From a bacterium (GTDB taxonomy: Bacteria; Patescibacteriota; Minisyncoccia; UBA6257; 02-FULL-45-10c): DNA of 64,000 bases. This document shows, piece after piece, positions 20,666-30,639 of this stretch (positions are counted from its first letter, which is position 1; every line of letters begins with the position of its first letter). The DNA lies in the NCBI GenBank assembly GCA_021786945.1, contig JAJYMK010000001.1, forward strand, positions 794 through 64,793, read 5' to 3'. Position numbers and translations under genes: made by a program. A model generated the notes under the pieces. That model saw only the letters and a list, made by a program, of their open reading frames with translations, did not search any database and was not told the origin of the DNA.

Positions 20666-21565
20666 TTATTTAATTTTATTGTACTCAATCAAAGCCTTGG
20701 TAACTGCGGAATGAGCAACCTGAATTAAATCTTTAACAGAACTCAAGTCTTTATTAAGAGCTGTTCTTGTGGCCGAAACATCGGCTTTAAGATTGGCTTC
20801 GGTGGTAACAGTTATTGTGTATGTTTTCTGAGCCTGAGTTTCAATAGCTGATTTTGCGGCCGAAATCGCATTGTTAGCATCGCTGATGGCGCTATTTACG
20901 GCGCTCAAATCTTTTCCGGTAGAAGAAGCTGCAACAGCACTAACACCGGAAACTATTTTTGCCAAAAAAGAATCCAATTGCGAGGTGGCATTGGTCCATC
21001 TGTCAATAAAACCACTGTTAATTTTGGCTATATTCTGATCTACATTTTCTACAGCGGCTACTTTTGTTTGATTTTTTATAGCCTGAAGTTTTGTCTGCAA
21101 TTCCTGTCTGGCTTGAGCCTCTTTTGTCTGAGCTTCAGCCCGTAAAGAATCTACATTTGACCTAAAAGCATCTCTTTCTTCCTGCATCTTCTGAACAAGC
21201 GATTTTACGGCCTGCGAAGAAGAGGCTGTACCGGAAGCAACCATAGTTCTGATTTCATTTCTAATTTCTTCTCTTGATTGCATTAATTTTTCCTGCTCAA
21301 CCTTAATTTGATTTTTAAGTTCAGTCTGAACTCCTTGGTTGGCTGTTTTAACATCCTCCCTTAATTGAGTTCTTACGGGCTGAGAAGAGGTGGCTCCCAA
21401 AAGACCAGTGCCGGGCTCATGAATTTGAGCTTGGGTCTGCACTCTTTCCATTTCTCCGTTTTGTGCCGGAGCGGCGCCAGATGCTCCATTGCCCATCATT
21501 TGGGCGTTTGCAACCAAACCCAATGACATAGTAAGGGCGGTTAAACCAACAATAATTTTTTTCAT
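20666..21565 (-). CDS. Secreted coiled-coil hypothetical protein
   Basis: Signal peptide (ANA-Q) followed by long helical repeats. Confidence 0.75.
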   Translation of the reverse strand: MKKIIVGLTALTMSLGLVANAQMMGNGASGAAPAQNGEMERVQTQAQIHEPGTGLLGATSSQPVRTQLREDVKTANQGVQTELKNQIKVEQEKLMQSREEIRNEIRTMVASGTASSSQAVKSLVQKMQEERDAFRSNVDSLRAEAQTKEAQARQELQTKLQAIKNQTKVAAVENVDQNIAKINSGFIDRWTNATSQLDSFLAKIVSGVSAVAASSTGKDLSAVNSAISDANNAISAAKSAIETQAQKTYTITVTTEANLKADVSATRTALNKDLSSVKDLIQVAHSAVTKALIEYNKIK

Positions 21566-21643
21566 TTTTATTTATGTTTTAATTTTATTTATAATAAACC
21601 TGCTTACATCGCCTTAAACAGGCATAAATTTATTATACATCTT

Positions 21644-22894
21644 TTAAATATTTCTTTCCTCCAGGGTAACATCCAATTTTATTTCCTTTCCATTTCTTAA
21701 AACGGTTAAAGAAATTTTATCCCCTACCTGATATTTCTGAATCAAGGAGGATAAGGAATTATTTTCATCTATTTTTACCCCATCAACCTCGGTAATGATA
21801 TCTTCGGCTTGCAGTCCTGATTTTTCCGCAGGAGAATTCTTTACGACAGCGGGACCATCCTGATTTCCGCGGACTAAAGCTCCTCGCTTTACCGATAATT
21901 TTTCTTTTTCGGACAATTGATCGTCTAGCGCCAAATATCTAACACCCAAATAAGGAGTCAAAATCTTGCCACTCTTTTTTACCGATTCAATATCATTTTT
22001 TGCTTTATTTATAGGAATCGCAAAACCAACACTCTGAGCCCCAGAAACAATAGCGGTATTCATACCTATTACTTCGCCCTTCAGATTCAAAAGCGGGCCG
22101 CCGGAATTTCCCGGATTGATAGCGGCATCAGTCTGAATCAAACCATCAAGATTTTCCGCGCTCCCCAACCCATCAGAAGCCGTAATTTTTCTGTATAAGC
22201 CCGAAATAACTCCGGTAGAAACCGTATTCCTAAATTCACCCAAAGCGTTGCCTATAGCTATAGCCGTCTGACCAAGTTTCAAAGAATCGGAATCGCCCAA
22301 TTTTAACGGCTTCAAACCATTAACAGAAATTTTCAATACGGCGAGATCCTGAACGCTGTCTCTGGCTAAAACCTCTGCATCGTATTTTTTACCATCATTA
22401 GTCAAAACCGTATATTCAGCTTTTTCATCCGAAACAACATGTTTGTTGGTAAGGATAAGCCCGTCTTCCGAAATGACAAATCCACTACCACCGCCAACCT
22501 CCTGTTTCTTTGTTCCTTTTTGGCAGGGCTGAGTAAAATTTAATCCTCCGCCGAAAAATTGCTGAAATTCTTCCGGTAAATTTTCATAAGGGTTATAAGG
22601 GCACTGCTCAATAACCGGCAAATCTTTGGAAACAATAATAGAAACCACCGACGGAGAAGCTTCTTCGACTGCTTTTATGACCGCCTGCTCATGAGCATCT
22701 TCGGAATCATACATAACGACAGCTTTCGGAGCTTCTATTTTTGTCTCAACCGAAGATTTATTCAAAAACGGCAAATATTTTTGAAGATAATCGGTAAAGC
22801 CCGCCTGAACCACCGACAGATTAGATAAATAAGCTAAGCTAACCAAAACTAAGGCGACCATTAATAAAGAAAAAAACTCTTTCTTATTATTCAT
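21644..22894 (-). CDS. HtrA/DegP-like serine protease with PDZ domain
   Basis: GSGF, TNKHVV, QTDAAINPGNSGGPL, C-terminal PDZ. Confidence 0.95.
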   Translation of the reverse strand: MNNKKEFFSLLMVALVLVSLAYLSNLSVVQAGFTDYLQKYLPFLNKSSVETKIEAPKAVVMYDSEDAHEQAVIKAVEEASPSVVSIIVSKDLPVIEQCPYNPYENLPEEFQQFFGGGLNFTQPCQKGTKKQEVGGGSGFVISEDGLILTNKHVVSDEKAEYTVLTNDGKKYDAEVLARDSVQDLAVLKISVNGLKPLKLGDSDSLKLGQTAIAIGNALGEFRNTVSTGVISGLYRKITASDGLGSAENLDGLIQTDAAINPGNSGGPLLNLKGEVIGMNTAIVSGAQSVGFAIPINKAKNDIESVKKSGKILTPYLGVRYLALDDQLSEKEKLSVKRGALVRGNQDGPAVVKNSPAEKSGLQAEDIITEVDGVKIDENNSLSSLIQKYQVGDKISLTVLRNGKEIKLDVTLEERNI

Positions 22895-23025
22895 AGTAGA
22901 AATTAATTATAAAAATTTAATTTTTAATAATGTAAAATCGACTTTATTTAATTATTTTAACCTATTTTATATATACGAACTGAATATACAAATTGTTGCA
23001 TACTCAAAAACATAAAAAGGCCAAA

Positions 23026-24219
23026 CTATAATATATTTTTTATAACCGAAAAAAGTTTGTCAATACTTTCTTTGTCGGTCTGCCTGCCAAAAGAAATTCT
23101 AAGACTCTCACTCGCCTTTTCATCGGAAAAACCCATTGATTTCAATACATGCGAAGGCTTGGCCATACGCGCAGAACAGGCCGAACCGGCCGAAACAGAA
23201 AAACCCGCCATATCAAGTTTGAAAATAAGATCTTTTTTTCCGGAAAAATAAATATTTATATTGTTTGGCAATCTTTTTTCTCCGATTTTTGGACCATTCA
23301 AAACAAAATTAAAATTTTTTAATTTACCCAAAAAATATTGCTGCAATTTAAACAGTCTTTGCGATTCTTTCTTCCTTAAATCAAAGGAAATTTTAACAGC
23401 ATCGGAAAAACCAATAATGCCCGGAACATTTTCTGTACCCGACCTGAGCCCTTCTTCCTGACCACCGCCAAAAATAACAGGAGAAATAAATTTTTCCCCA
23501 AAAAAACTTCCAAAATTTTTGATATACAATAAACCCACACCCTTCGGACCATAGATTTTCTGGGAAGACAAAGTCATCATATCGATTCCAAGACTTTTAA
23601 CATCACAATCCACATAATTGAAAGCTTGGGCGGCATCGGTATGAAACAAAGGGAAGAACGTTTCGCTATTTTTTAATTTTGAATGTTTAATTTTGAATTC
23701 TTTAATAATTTCTGAAATTTCCTTGATTGGCTGAATAGAACCCACTTCGTTGTTTGCATACATTATAGAAACCAAAACCGTTCTCTCATTTAAAAACGAT
23801 TTAAGTTTTTTCAAATCTATAATTCCGTCTTTTGAAACCGGCAGATAAACAACTTCGGCTAAATTTTCTTTTTCTAAATCTTTGCAGGTTTCCAAAACAG
23901 ACTCGTGCTCAATTTGAGAAGTAATAATTCTAGGTTTTACTTTATTTTTTGAAATAAAATTTTTAACAACGCCAATAATAGCCAAATTATTTGCTTCCGT
24001 AGCCGAACCCGTAAAAATAATTTCCCGGTAATCGCAATTAATAAACTTAGAAATAGCATTCCTGGCCTTAAATACAGCCGCCGAAGCTTCCTGTCCGAAT
24101 TTGTGAATTGAACCTGGATTTCCAAAAATTCTAGAATAATAAGGCTGCATAGCTCTAACTACCCCAGGATCGACTGGGGTTGTAGCCGCATAATCGAAAT
24201 AAAATCTTTTATTCTTCAT
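23026..24219 (-). CDS. iscS: Cysteine desulfurase (IscS/NifS type)
   Basis: YFDYAATTP, GNPGSIH, HTDAAQ, QKIYGPKG, SAGSAC. Confidence 0.9.
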   Translation of the reverse strand: MKNKRFYFDYAATTPVDPGVVRAMQPYYSRIFGNPGSIHKFGQEASAAVFKARNAISKFINCDYREIIFTGSATEANNLAIIGVVKNFISKNKVKPRIITSQIEHESVLETCKDLEKENLAEVVYLPVSKDGIIDLKKLKSFLNERTVLVSIMYANNEVGSIQPIKEISEIIKEFKIKHSKLKNSETFFPLFHTDAAQAFNYVDCDVKSLGIDMMTLSSQKIYGPKGVGLLYIKNFGSFFGEKFISPVIFGGGQEEGLRSGTENVPGIIGFSDAVKISFDLRKKESQRLFKLQQYFLGKLKNFNFVLNGPKIGEKRLPNNINIYFSGKKDLIFKLDMAGFSVSAGSACSARMAKPSHVLKSMGFSDEKASESLRISFGRQTDKESIDKLFSVIKNIL

Positions 24220-24228
24220 ATGTTTAAA

Positions 24229-24399
24229 TTAGCAATTTTTCTCTATAATAATAGGCGCAACTCCTTGATCTTTGGCGTATAGATAACCCAAACCAAAAGA
24301 CAACGAAGTAATAACAAAAAATATCCCGAATAGAATGACTTCTCTCTTTTTCAAAAATTCCGATATTTTAACCGCCAATTCCTTTAATTTATTTGACAT
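24229..24399 (-). CDS. Small 56-aa membrane protein, below the ORF-track cutoff
   Basis: MSNKLKELAVKISEFLKKREVILFGIFFVITSLSFGLGYLYAKDQGVAPIIIEKNC; directly upstream of iscS. Confidence 0.6.
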   Translation of the reverse strand: MSNKLKELAVKISEFLKKREVILFGIFFVITSLSFGLGYLYAKDQGVAPIIIEKNC

Positions 24400-24475
24400 A
24401 ACCGCGTTTATTCTACTATAATATACAAATAATTAAAACAGAATGATGGGCTAGGAGCCTAAGTTTTAAATAAAT

Positions 24476-24754
24476 ATGGCACATACTAAATCCCTCGGAA
24501 CCAGTAAAAACTTAAGGGAATCCGAGGCTAAAAGATTAGGAGTTAAAAAACAAAATAATGAAGCCGTTAATGCCGGCCAAATTATTATCCGACAAAGAGG
24601 AACCAGATATATTCCGGGAAAAAATGTCAGAAGAGGAGCTGATGACACCCTCTATGCCGCAACTAACGGAAAAGTAAAATTCCGCTCTTCCAAGAAAACT
24701 AAATTTGATGGAAACAAAAGGTATATCAAAGTAGTGGAAGTTGTAACCGCTTAA
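24476..24754 (+). CDS. rpmA: 50S ribosomal protein L27
   Basis: [23 protein letters not shown]...IIIRQRGT...GADDTLYA. Confidence 0.97.
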   Translation: MAHTKSLGTSKNLRESEAKRLGVKKQNNEAVNAGQIIIRQRGTRYIPGKNVRRGADDTLYAATNGKVKFRSSKKTKFDGNKRYIKVVEVVTA

Positions 24755-24777
24755 TCAGACAAACTCAGGACAAAATC

Positions 24778-24806
24778 AAAATCTCCGCTTTTTGCGGAGA
24801 TTTTTT
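24778..24806. terminator. Bidirectional intrinsic terminator between rpmA and the S41 protease gene
   Basis: aaaatctccgc ttttt gcggagatttttt. Confidence 0.8.
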
Positions 24807-24808
24807 AT

Positions 24809-26083
24809 TTAAAACATCTTCTTAACTTCTTCCAAGGCCCTTTCTAATTGCGTATCTTTTCCGGCTTTTACATCGTCGTCGGAAATTTTTACTTCAATAT
24901 CGGGAGTGAGACCAGTCTGATCTATAGTGCCGCCATTTGGCATAATCCATTTGGCAATAGTCATTTTAATCTGTGAACCATCTTTAAGAGATTCCATTTG
25001 CTGGACAGTACCCTTTCCGAAAGTCTTTTCACCTATTAATTTCACTTTTCTGTTGTCACGCAAAGCGCCGGCCAAAATTTCAGAAGCAGAAGCCGAGCCC
25101 TTGTTCACCAAAACAACTATAGGCATGTCTTTAAAAGCTCCAGTTCCATTTGCAAAAAATTTAGTATCCGCACCGTCTCTGGGTCTTTCGCTAACCACCA
25201 AAGTGTTTTTATCAAAAACCCAGCCGGCCAAATTTACGGCAACTTCCAAATAGCCACCCGGATCATTTCTTAAATCCAAAACCATTCCCTTTATATTGCT
25301 ATCTAATAAAATACTCATCGCAGCTTTATAAAAAAGAAATGGGGCTTTTTCATTAAAACTGAATAATTGAACATAAGCGACATTTCCATCTTTTACCTCC
25401 CATTTAAGCGTGGGTACGGAAATGGTTTCCCTGGTCAAAGTAACATCGTGGGGCTTGCTGTCGCCATTACTTAAAAGACTTAGGGTAACTTTTGTACCAA
25501 CCTCTCCCCTTATCTTTTTCACAGCCTCGTTAACATCGGCTGTCAAAACAGGCTTGCCGTCAATTCCTAAAATTTTATCTCCAGCTTTAACGCCGGCGCG
25601 TGAAGCGGGCGTATCTTCAAGCGGAGCAACAACAACAACAAAATCATCCTTTACACTTAATTCGGCACCAATACCACCAAATTCACCCTGTATATCTTCC
25701 TCGAATTTCTTGGAATCATCGGGAGACATAAAAACTGTATGCGGATCTTTTGTGGCACCCACCAATCCGCTAATAGCTCCGTACATAAGATCTTTATCGT
25801 TAAGATTGGCGCCGTCTATATATGTAGACTTCAACAAATTCCAAGCCTGCCAAAAAACACCAAAGTCTACACTAGAGGCTTCGTTTGAATCTATATTGGC
25901 CGCTCCCCTTATGACTATATTTTTAGGGTTTTCACTGCTATAGGTATAGCCAGAATAAAAACCGGCCCCAATCAAAACTAAGGAAGCCAAAATAATTCCC
26001 GAAACAACCAAAAACTTATTAAAAAAATTCCTGACGCCATCCCAATTTATTTTAAACTTAACTTTTTCTATTATTTTTTTCAT
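24809..26083 (-). CDS. Carboxyl-terminal processing protease (S41)
   Basis: PDZ (FGGIGA), LDLRNDPGG, SASASEILAGAL, TFGKGTVQ; likely start is the ATG at 26083. Confidence 0.93.
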   Translation of the reverse strand: MKKIIEKVKFKINWDGVRNFFNKFLVVSGIILASLVLIGAGFYSGYTYSSENPKNIVIRGAANIDSNEASSVDFGVFWQAWNLLKSTYIDGANLNDKDLMYGAISGLVGATKDPHTVFMSPDDSKKFEEDIQGEFGGIGAELSVKDDFVVVVAPLEDTPASRAGVKAGDKILGIDGKPVLTADVNEAVKKIRGEVGTKVTLSLLSNGDSKPHDVTLTRETISVPTLKWEVKDGNVAYVQLFSFNEKAPFLFYKAAMSILLDSNIKGMVLDLRNDPGGYLEVAVNLAGWVFDKNTLVVSERPRDGADTKFFANGTGAFKDMPIVVLVNKGSASASEILAGALRDNRKVKLIGEKTFGKGTVQQMESLKDGSQIKMTIAKWIMPNGGTIDQTGLTPDIEVKISDDDVKAGKDTQLERALEEVKKMF

Positions 26084-26085
26084 AT

Positions 26086-26384
26086 ACCCCCGCACCTAAT
26101 TAATTTCTATACTCTTTTTAATACGACGTTTTAATTGACTAAATGCATTTCTCCTCAATTTCAAATTAACTTCACGCCCCCTTGCATCATCGCCTGATTT
26201 ATAAGCTTCATAATAAACAATTTCAAATGGTCTGCGATTTTTTGTTGACGGCACCAATCCTTTATTATGCTTTGTAAGTCTTTCTCTAAGATTATTAGTT
26301 GAACCAATATATAAATTATTATCTTTTTTACTTTTTATAATGTAAGTATAAAACATAATAAAAAAAATAATTAGGTGAGGGGGT
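26086..26384. mobile_element. Compact cassette: inverted repeat, GIY-YIG gene, inverted repeat
   Basis: acccccgcacctaatt (26086-26101) and aattaggtgagggggt (26369-26384), 15/16 match as an inverted pair. Confidence 0.65.
26096..26356 (-). CDS. Stand-alone GIY-YIG nuclease
   Basis: YTYIIKS...LYIGSTNNLRERL.KHN.G...YYEAY...A.GRE. Confidence 0.92.
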   Translation of the reverse strand: MFYTYIIKSKKDNNLYIGSTNNLRERLTKHNKGLVPSTKNRRPFEIVYYEAYKSGDDARGREVNLKLRRNAFSQLKRRIKKSIEIN

Positions 26385-26414
26385 GAATCTTTATTAATTA
26401 TACCACTATATAAA

Positions 26415-27041
26415 TTAATTTCCGCCGAAATCTATATGTTGCAAAAGCTCATACCTCGCTCCATTTTTAGACAAATGGGATTCCATTAGATCTATACCTC
26501 CAGCCATAAAAAACCAATCCAGGTTTTTGAATTCCCTTCCGATTTCCGGCAATTCTTTTTTTGGTATTTCGGTAAACCCACTCACCTGATTTTCAGGTGC
26601 GGGGGTAAATCTTGCCAAAGTGATATGGGAATTGAATTCCCTGTTCTCCAATTTGAACCTTACTTTATTTTTTATAAGTTCATCTTCCAGGGCTATTTTT
26701 AACGAACCTAAACTTTTGGAGGTTTCGGAGGCTCCATTTAGCCAGATCATGCGCGGAGTACCTTTGGGCGGAGCATAAGAAATATCTTCCAAAGTTATTT
26801 CGGGAGAATCAAAACTATCAGCCACGTCTTCCATTGATTTTATAATCGGTAAAATAGCCTCATCTTCCTGATATCCCAAAAATACAAGAGTAAGATGCCA
26901 GTTTTCATCGGGTGTGATGTGAGTTCCGCCAGAAGACACAAAACTTGCCCCTGGAATCAGAGACTCCAAGGCTTCTTTCTTTTTTGAAATTTTTTTTCTT
27001 ATATCTTCAGGAATGTTTATAGCTATAAATAAGCGTCTCAT
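26415..27041 (-). CDS. thpR: RNA 2',3'-cyclic phosphodiesterase (2H family)
   Basis: RLFIAI, HLTLVFLG and HITLAR HxT motifs. Confidence 0.9.
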   Translation of the reverse strand: MRRLFIAINIPEDIRKKISKKKEALESLIPGASFVSSGGTHITPDENWHLTLVFLGYQEDEAILPIIKSMEDVADSFDSPEITLEDISYAPPKGTPRMIWLNGASETSKSLGSLKIALEDELIKNKVRFKLENREFNSHITLARFTPAPENQVSGFTEIPKKELPEIGREFKNLDWFFMAGGIDLMESHLSKNGARYELLQHIDFGGN

Positions 27042-27090
27042 ATAAGAATTACTGTTAAATGAATTATCGTATTATAATTTTATCATAGAT

Positions 27091-27426
27091 ATGGAAGGAC
27101 TAAACAACATCAAAAAACAATATATTCAGACCCTGATAAAAAGGACAAAAGAAACTAAGATCTATAAACCATTTCAATCAACCGGGCTTGCTTTGGCTCA
27201 AATTCTAAGAGACTACGAACATAAGGCTATTTACATAAGACTGGCCAAAATATATGATAACGAAGAATTAATCAGAAAAGCCAAGGACGTTGCCGAAAGA
27301 AAAAGCATCGACAATAAGGGAGCGTATTTTATGAAGATTTTAAAAGACATCAAGAAACTGGAGAGACCGAAACTTACCTATAAAAAAAAGATTAAAAAAC
27401 CAATTAAATTAAAACTTGGGATATGA
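27091..27426 (+). CDS. Hypothetical basic protein
   Basis: ORF operonic with def; NKGAYFM motif. Confidence 0.7.
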   Translation: MEGLNNIKKQYIQTLIKRTKETKIYKPFQSTGLALAQILRDYEHKAIYIRLAKIYDNEELIRKAKDVAERKSIDNKGAYFMKILKDIKKLERPKLTYKKKIKKPIKLKLGI

Positions 27427-27914
27427 TTTGGACAATAAATGACAAAGAGCAGGAAAAATTTCTCAGGCGAAAAGCCTCCGAATTTGATTTTTCTAAACAC
27501 GGCAAAAAAGAAATTCGGGAAATAATTAAAACTATGCGCGTAGAAATGACCAAGGCTATTGGCCTGGGGCTAAGCGCTAACCAGCTTGGTCTGGATATGC
27601 GTCTTTTTGTGGCTAAAGTGGAAGGAAAACAATATGCGATATTCAATCCGGAAATAACCAAACTCTCCAAAGAAAGAGTTCTTATGGAAGAGGGCTGTCT
27701 GAGTGTGCCGGAATTATACGGAGTTGTGGAAAGACCAGAAAAAATAACAATTGAGGGGTTTGACGCCAACGCCAAAAAAATAAAAATCAAAGCCTGGGGA
27801 ATTTTGGCCAGAGTTTTCCAGCACGAGACAGACCATCTGAACGGAATTTTATTCATAGATAAAGCCAAAAGCCTTCATAAATACGAATTGCATAGCCAGG
27901 ATCAAAAAATTTAA
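27423..27914 (+). CDS. def: Peptide deformylase
   Basis: GLGLSANQ, EGCLS, QHETDHLNG. Confidence 0.97.
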   Translation: MIWTINDKEQEKFLRRKASEFDFSKHGKKEIREIIKTMRVEMTKAIGLGLSANQLGLDMRLFVAKVEGKQYAIFNPEITKLSKERVLMEEGCLSVPELYGVVERPEKITIEGFDANAKKIKIKAWGILARVFQHETDHLNGILFIDKAKSLHKYELHSQDQKI

Positions 27915-27919
27915 AACCA

Positions 27920-28873
27920 ATGAAATATGTATTTTTCGGCACGCCAAAATTTGCCGCTATTGTTCTAGAAAAACTTATCGCAGCTGGCCTTGTACCGGTA
28001 GCCTTAGTCTGTAACCCTGATGAACCAACAGGCAGAAAAAAAATACTCACCCCTCCGGAAACCAAACAATTGATTTTGAATAAAAACATAAATATTCCGA
28101 TTTTCCAGCCCAAAAAACTTTCTGAAATAAAAACAGAATTGGAAAATATCGGCGCAGACGCATTTATAGTGGCTGCTTACAACAAAATAATTTCCGAGAA
28201 AATAATAAATATACCGAAATTCAAAACAATCGGAGTACATCCGTCTTTACTCCCCGCTTACCGAGGGCCATCACCCATACAAACGGCCATTATTAACGGC
28301 GATAAAAAAACCGGCGTAGATTTATTTCTTATCGACAAAGAAATTGATCACGGAGCGGTCTTGGCTAGCACTGAATGTGAAATATCGGAAAAAGATAACT
28401 CGGAAAGCTTAACCGAAAAACTCGCTATCCTCGGAGCCGAACTGATAATCAAGGAATTGCCTGAATATTTAGCAGGAAAAACAAAACCAATCGAACAAAA
28501 CCACGAAAAAGCTACATTTACCAGAAAATTCGAAACAAACGACGGAAAAATTGATTTGCCCCCCCACCTATTTCTTGCTGACCAATTAGAACCAAAAAAC
28601 AAATTTAATATTTTTAGAATATTTTCAAATATAAAAAATAAGATATTTGGGTGCGGGGGCGAAGAAAAAGACTCTCCTGAATCAATTTTTAATAAAATCA
28701 GAGGGCTTAACCCCGATCCTGGAGTTTTTACTTTAATAAAAACAAAAAACGGAGAAAAAAGAATTAAATTACTTGAAGCAAAATTAACGGAAGGAAAACT
28801 AGAAATCCTAAAAGTTCAGCCCGAGGGCAAAAAACCGATGTCTTTTAAAGATTTTCAAAACGGAAATCTTTAA
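27920..28873 (+). CDS. fmt: Methionyl-tRNA formyltransferase with an in-frame insertion
   Basis: FFGTPKFA, HPSLLPAYRGPSPIQ, QPEGKKPM. Confidence 0.95.
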   Translation: MKYVFFGTPKFAAIVLEKLIAAGLVPVALVCNPDEPTGRKKILTPPETKQLILNKNINIPIFQPKKLSEIKTELENIGADAFIVAAYNKIISEKIINIPKFKTIGVHPSLLPAYRGPSPIQTAIINGDKKTGVDLFLIDKEIDHGAVLASTECEISEKDNSESLTEKLAILGAELIIKELPEYLAGKTKPIEQNHEKATFTRKFETNDGKIDLPPHLFLADQLEPKNKFNIFRIFSNIKNKIFGCGGEEKDSPESIFNKIRGLNPDPGVFTLIKTKNGEKRIKLLEAKLTEGKLEILKVQPEGKKPMSFKDFQNGNL

Positions 28874-28875
28874 TT

Positions 28876-30390
28876 TTATTTTAAGTTGTTTGTATAACGC
28901 CCTTTTGGCGTAACCCAAAAACCAAGCTTAAACCTTCCTCCCAAAGCCAGACGTGTTTGAGCTTCCAATCCCGGAATAGCGCCGAAAATAATGAGAGTAA
29001 AAGGCATTAAAACCCACTGCAAAAGATAAAGCGCATAATGCCAAATTTTAAAATCTTTCGGTTTTGGCGGCAAAAGAATTACGCTCAAAATAGCCGAGCT
29101 TGCCACGCCGACCATAGACAATGTGAGGATCCACCTGGTAATTTGCGGGAGATTATAAGCCAACACGGTTTTATCGAAAGCAATTCCCCCAATCAATACT
29201 GGCAACCAACCCAAAGCAAAAATAATAATAGCGTTGGTAGCCCAAGAATGAAATCCCTCCAGAATATTGAAAGCCCAATAAAATTTAGTTTTGAAAGAAA
29301 TATTTTTATTTTTCCTGAATCCATCCAAAAGATAGGGAACGTTTTCTACTCCATAACCCCAGCGTCTCTGTTGTTTATAAATATTTATCATTGTTTTCCA
29401 AAATGTCGGCGCAACATTAGCGTCCATGGAAACCGGATAAAACATAGGTTCTACGCGCCAATCTCCGTCATAGTGTAAAAACAACTGCCAAAATATCCTG
29501 GAATCTTCGGAAACTACATCTTTGTGCCAATAACCTATTTCCGCCAAAGCCTTGAATGGCATTGAATGTGAAGAAAAAGTGGTAAGCCTCTCCGGTCTAG
29601 CCTGTTGCATCATATGCCAAAAAGTAGCGGAAAAGGACACAACCCGAGCCAAGGCCGGTGCCTCAAAAATATTGTTTGTAAAAAGAGGGATGGGCTGAAA
29701 ACTTGTTCTCTGCGGCTTATCACAGGTCAAAAATTTATAAGTCAAAAGACTAAAATACTCACCTCCAATTTGCGTATCTACATCAAAAACAGAAACTAGG
29801 ATATTTTCATAATTTAACTTCAGAGGGTCAATAATAATTTTTCGCACCTGCTCAGCGGAATAACTTTCATTGGAACCCTTTCCGGGAATTTCATCCGGCA
29901 AATCTTTTGGGTGAGTGGTAACCAAAAATTTAAAAAATTTATTCCCAAATTCGGCTTCAATTTTTTTTGCTATTTCCACCGAACTCTCCCCTGCACGCTC
30001 CTCGGTAGCCAAAACCACAATCATTTTTTCTTTCGGATAATTTATTTTGATTAAGCTTTCAAAAGATTCTTTCACAACCTCATACGGCTCATTGTACATC
30101 GGTAAAATAACTAAATGATATATTTCTTTCCAATCTATAAAAGAATTATTCAATAAACTCAATTCCTGAAGCCAATTCTTTTTTTCATTTGCCCTCATTT
30201 GTCCAAAAGCAAATCTAAGGTGCAGGGATAAATATAAAGTTTTTAAAAGCCAATAGGTATCAAATAAAATAATAAAAATGGCCGCCCAAAAAGCAGCTTT
30301 CCACGAAACCAAAAACATAAGCAAAAGCGTGAGCCAAGACAGGGTCGCCGGCAAAATTTCGAAAAATCTGATCATAAATATCCAATACAT
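28876..30390 (-). CDS. Membrane glycosyltransferase family 2
   Basis: PMYNE, GKGSN, DVD, SED, QQRRWGYG motifs; TM segments. Confidence 0.85.
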   Translation of the reverse strand: MYWIFMIRFFEILPATLSWLTLLLMFLVSWKAAFWAAIFIILFDTYWLLKTLYLSLHLRFAFGQMRANEKKNWLQELSLLNNSFIDWKEIYHLVILPMYNEPYEVVKESFESLIKINYPKEKMIVVLATEERAGESSVEIAKKIEAEFGNKFFKFLVTTHPKDLPDEIPGKGSNESYSAEQVRKIIIDPLKLNYENILVSVFDVDTQIGGEYFSLLTYKFLTCDKPQRTSFQPIPLFTNNIFEAPALARVVSFSATFWHMMQQARPERLTTFSSHSMPFKALAEIGYWHKDVVSEDSRIFWQLFLHYDGDWRVEPMFYPVSMDANVAPTFWKTMINIYKQQRRWGYGVENVPYLLDGFRKNKNISFKTKFYWAFNILEGFHSWATNAIIIFALGWLPVLIGGIAFDKTVLAYNLPQITRWILTLSMVGVASSAILSVILLPPKPKDFKIWHYALYLLQWVLMPFTLIIFGAIPGLEAQTRLALGGRFKLGFWVTPKGRYTNNLK

Positions 30391-30450
30391 TATACCCCAG
30401 ACTCTGGATTTTTTTAAATAAAAATGCTTAAATAACTAAGCAATAGCCAT

Positions 30451-30525
30451 GGTCCTATCGTCTAATGGCTAGGACATGTCCCTTTCACGGACAAAATACG
30501 GGTTCGATTCCCGTTGGGACTACCA
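30451..30525 (+). tRNA. tRNA-Glu(TTC)
   Basis: Cloverleaf, anticodon loop CT-TTC-AC, GGTTCGATTCC, encoded CCA. Confidence 0.95.
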
Positions 30526-30639
30526 AGAATTATTTCCATTAAAAGCGTTCAGGCGTTGATTTTTTATTCACGTGATATTAGGCTTCAGAAAGGACTTTAA
30601 TAAAAAAATAATTAGCAGAATGGGTTCTAAGGAGGAATA

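Noticed and set aside
26923-26940. ttccgccagaagac (VSSGGT) in thpR as a further palindromic insert
   Set aside because: Single degenerate copy in the window; not supportable.
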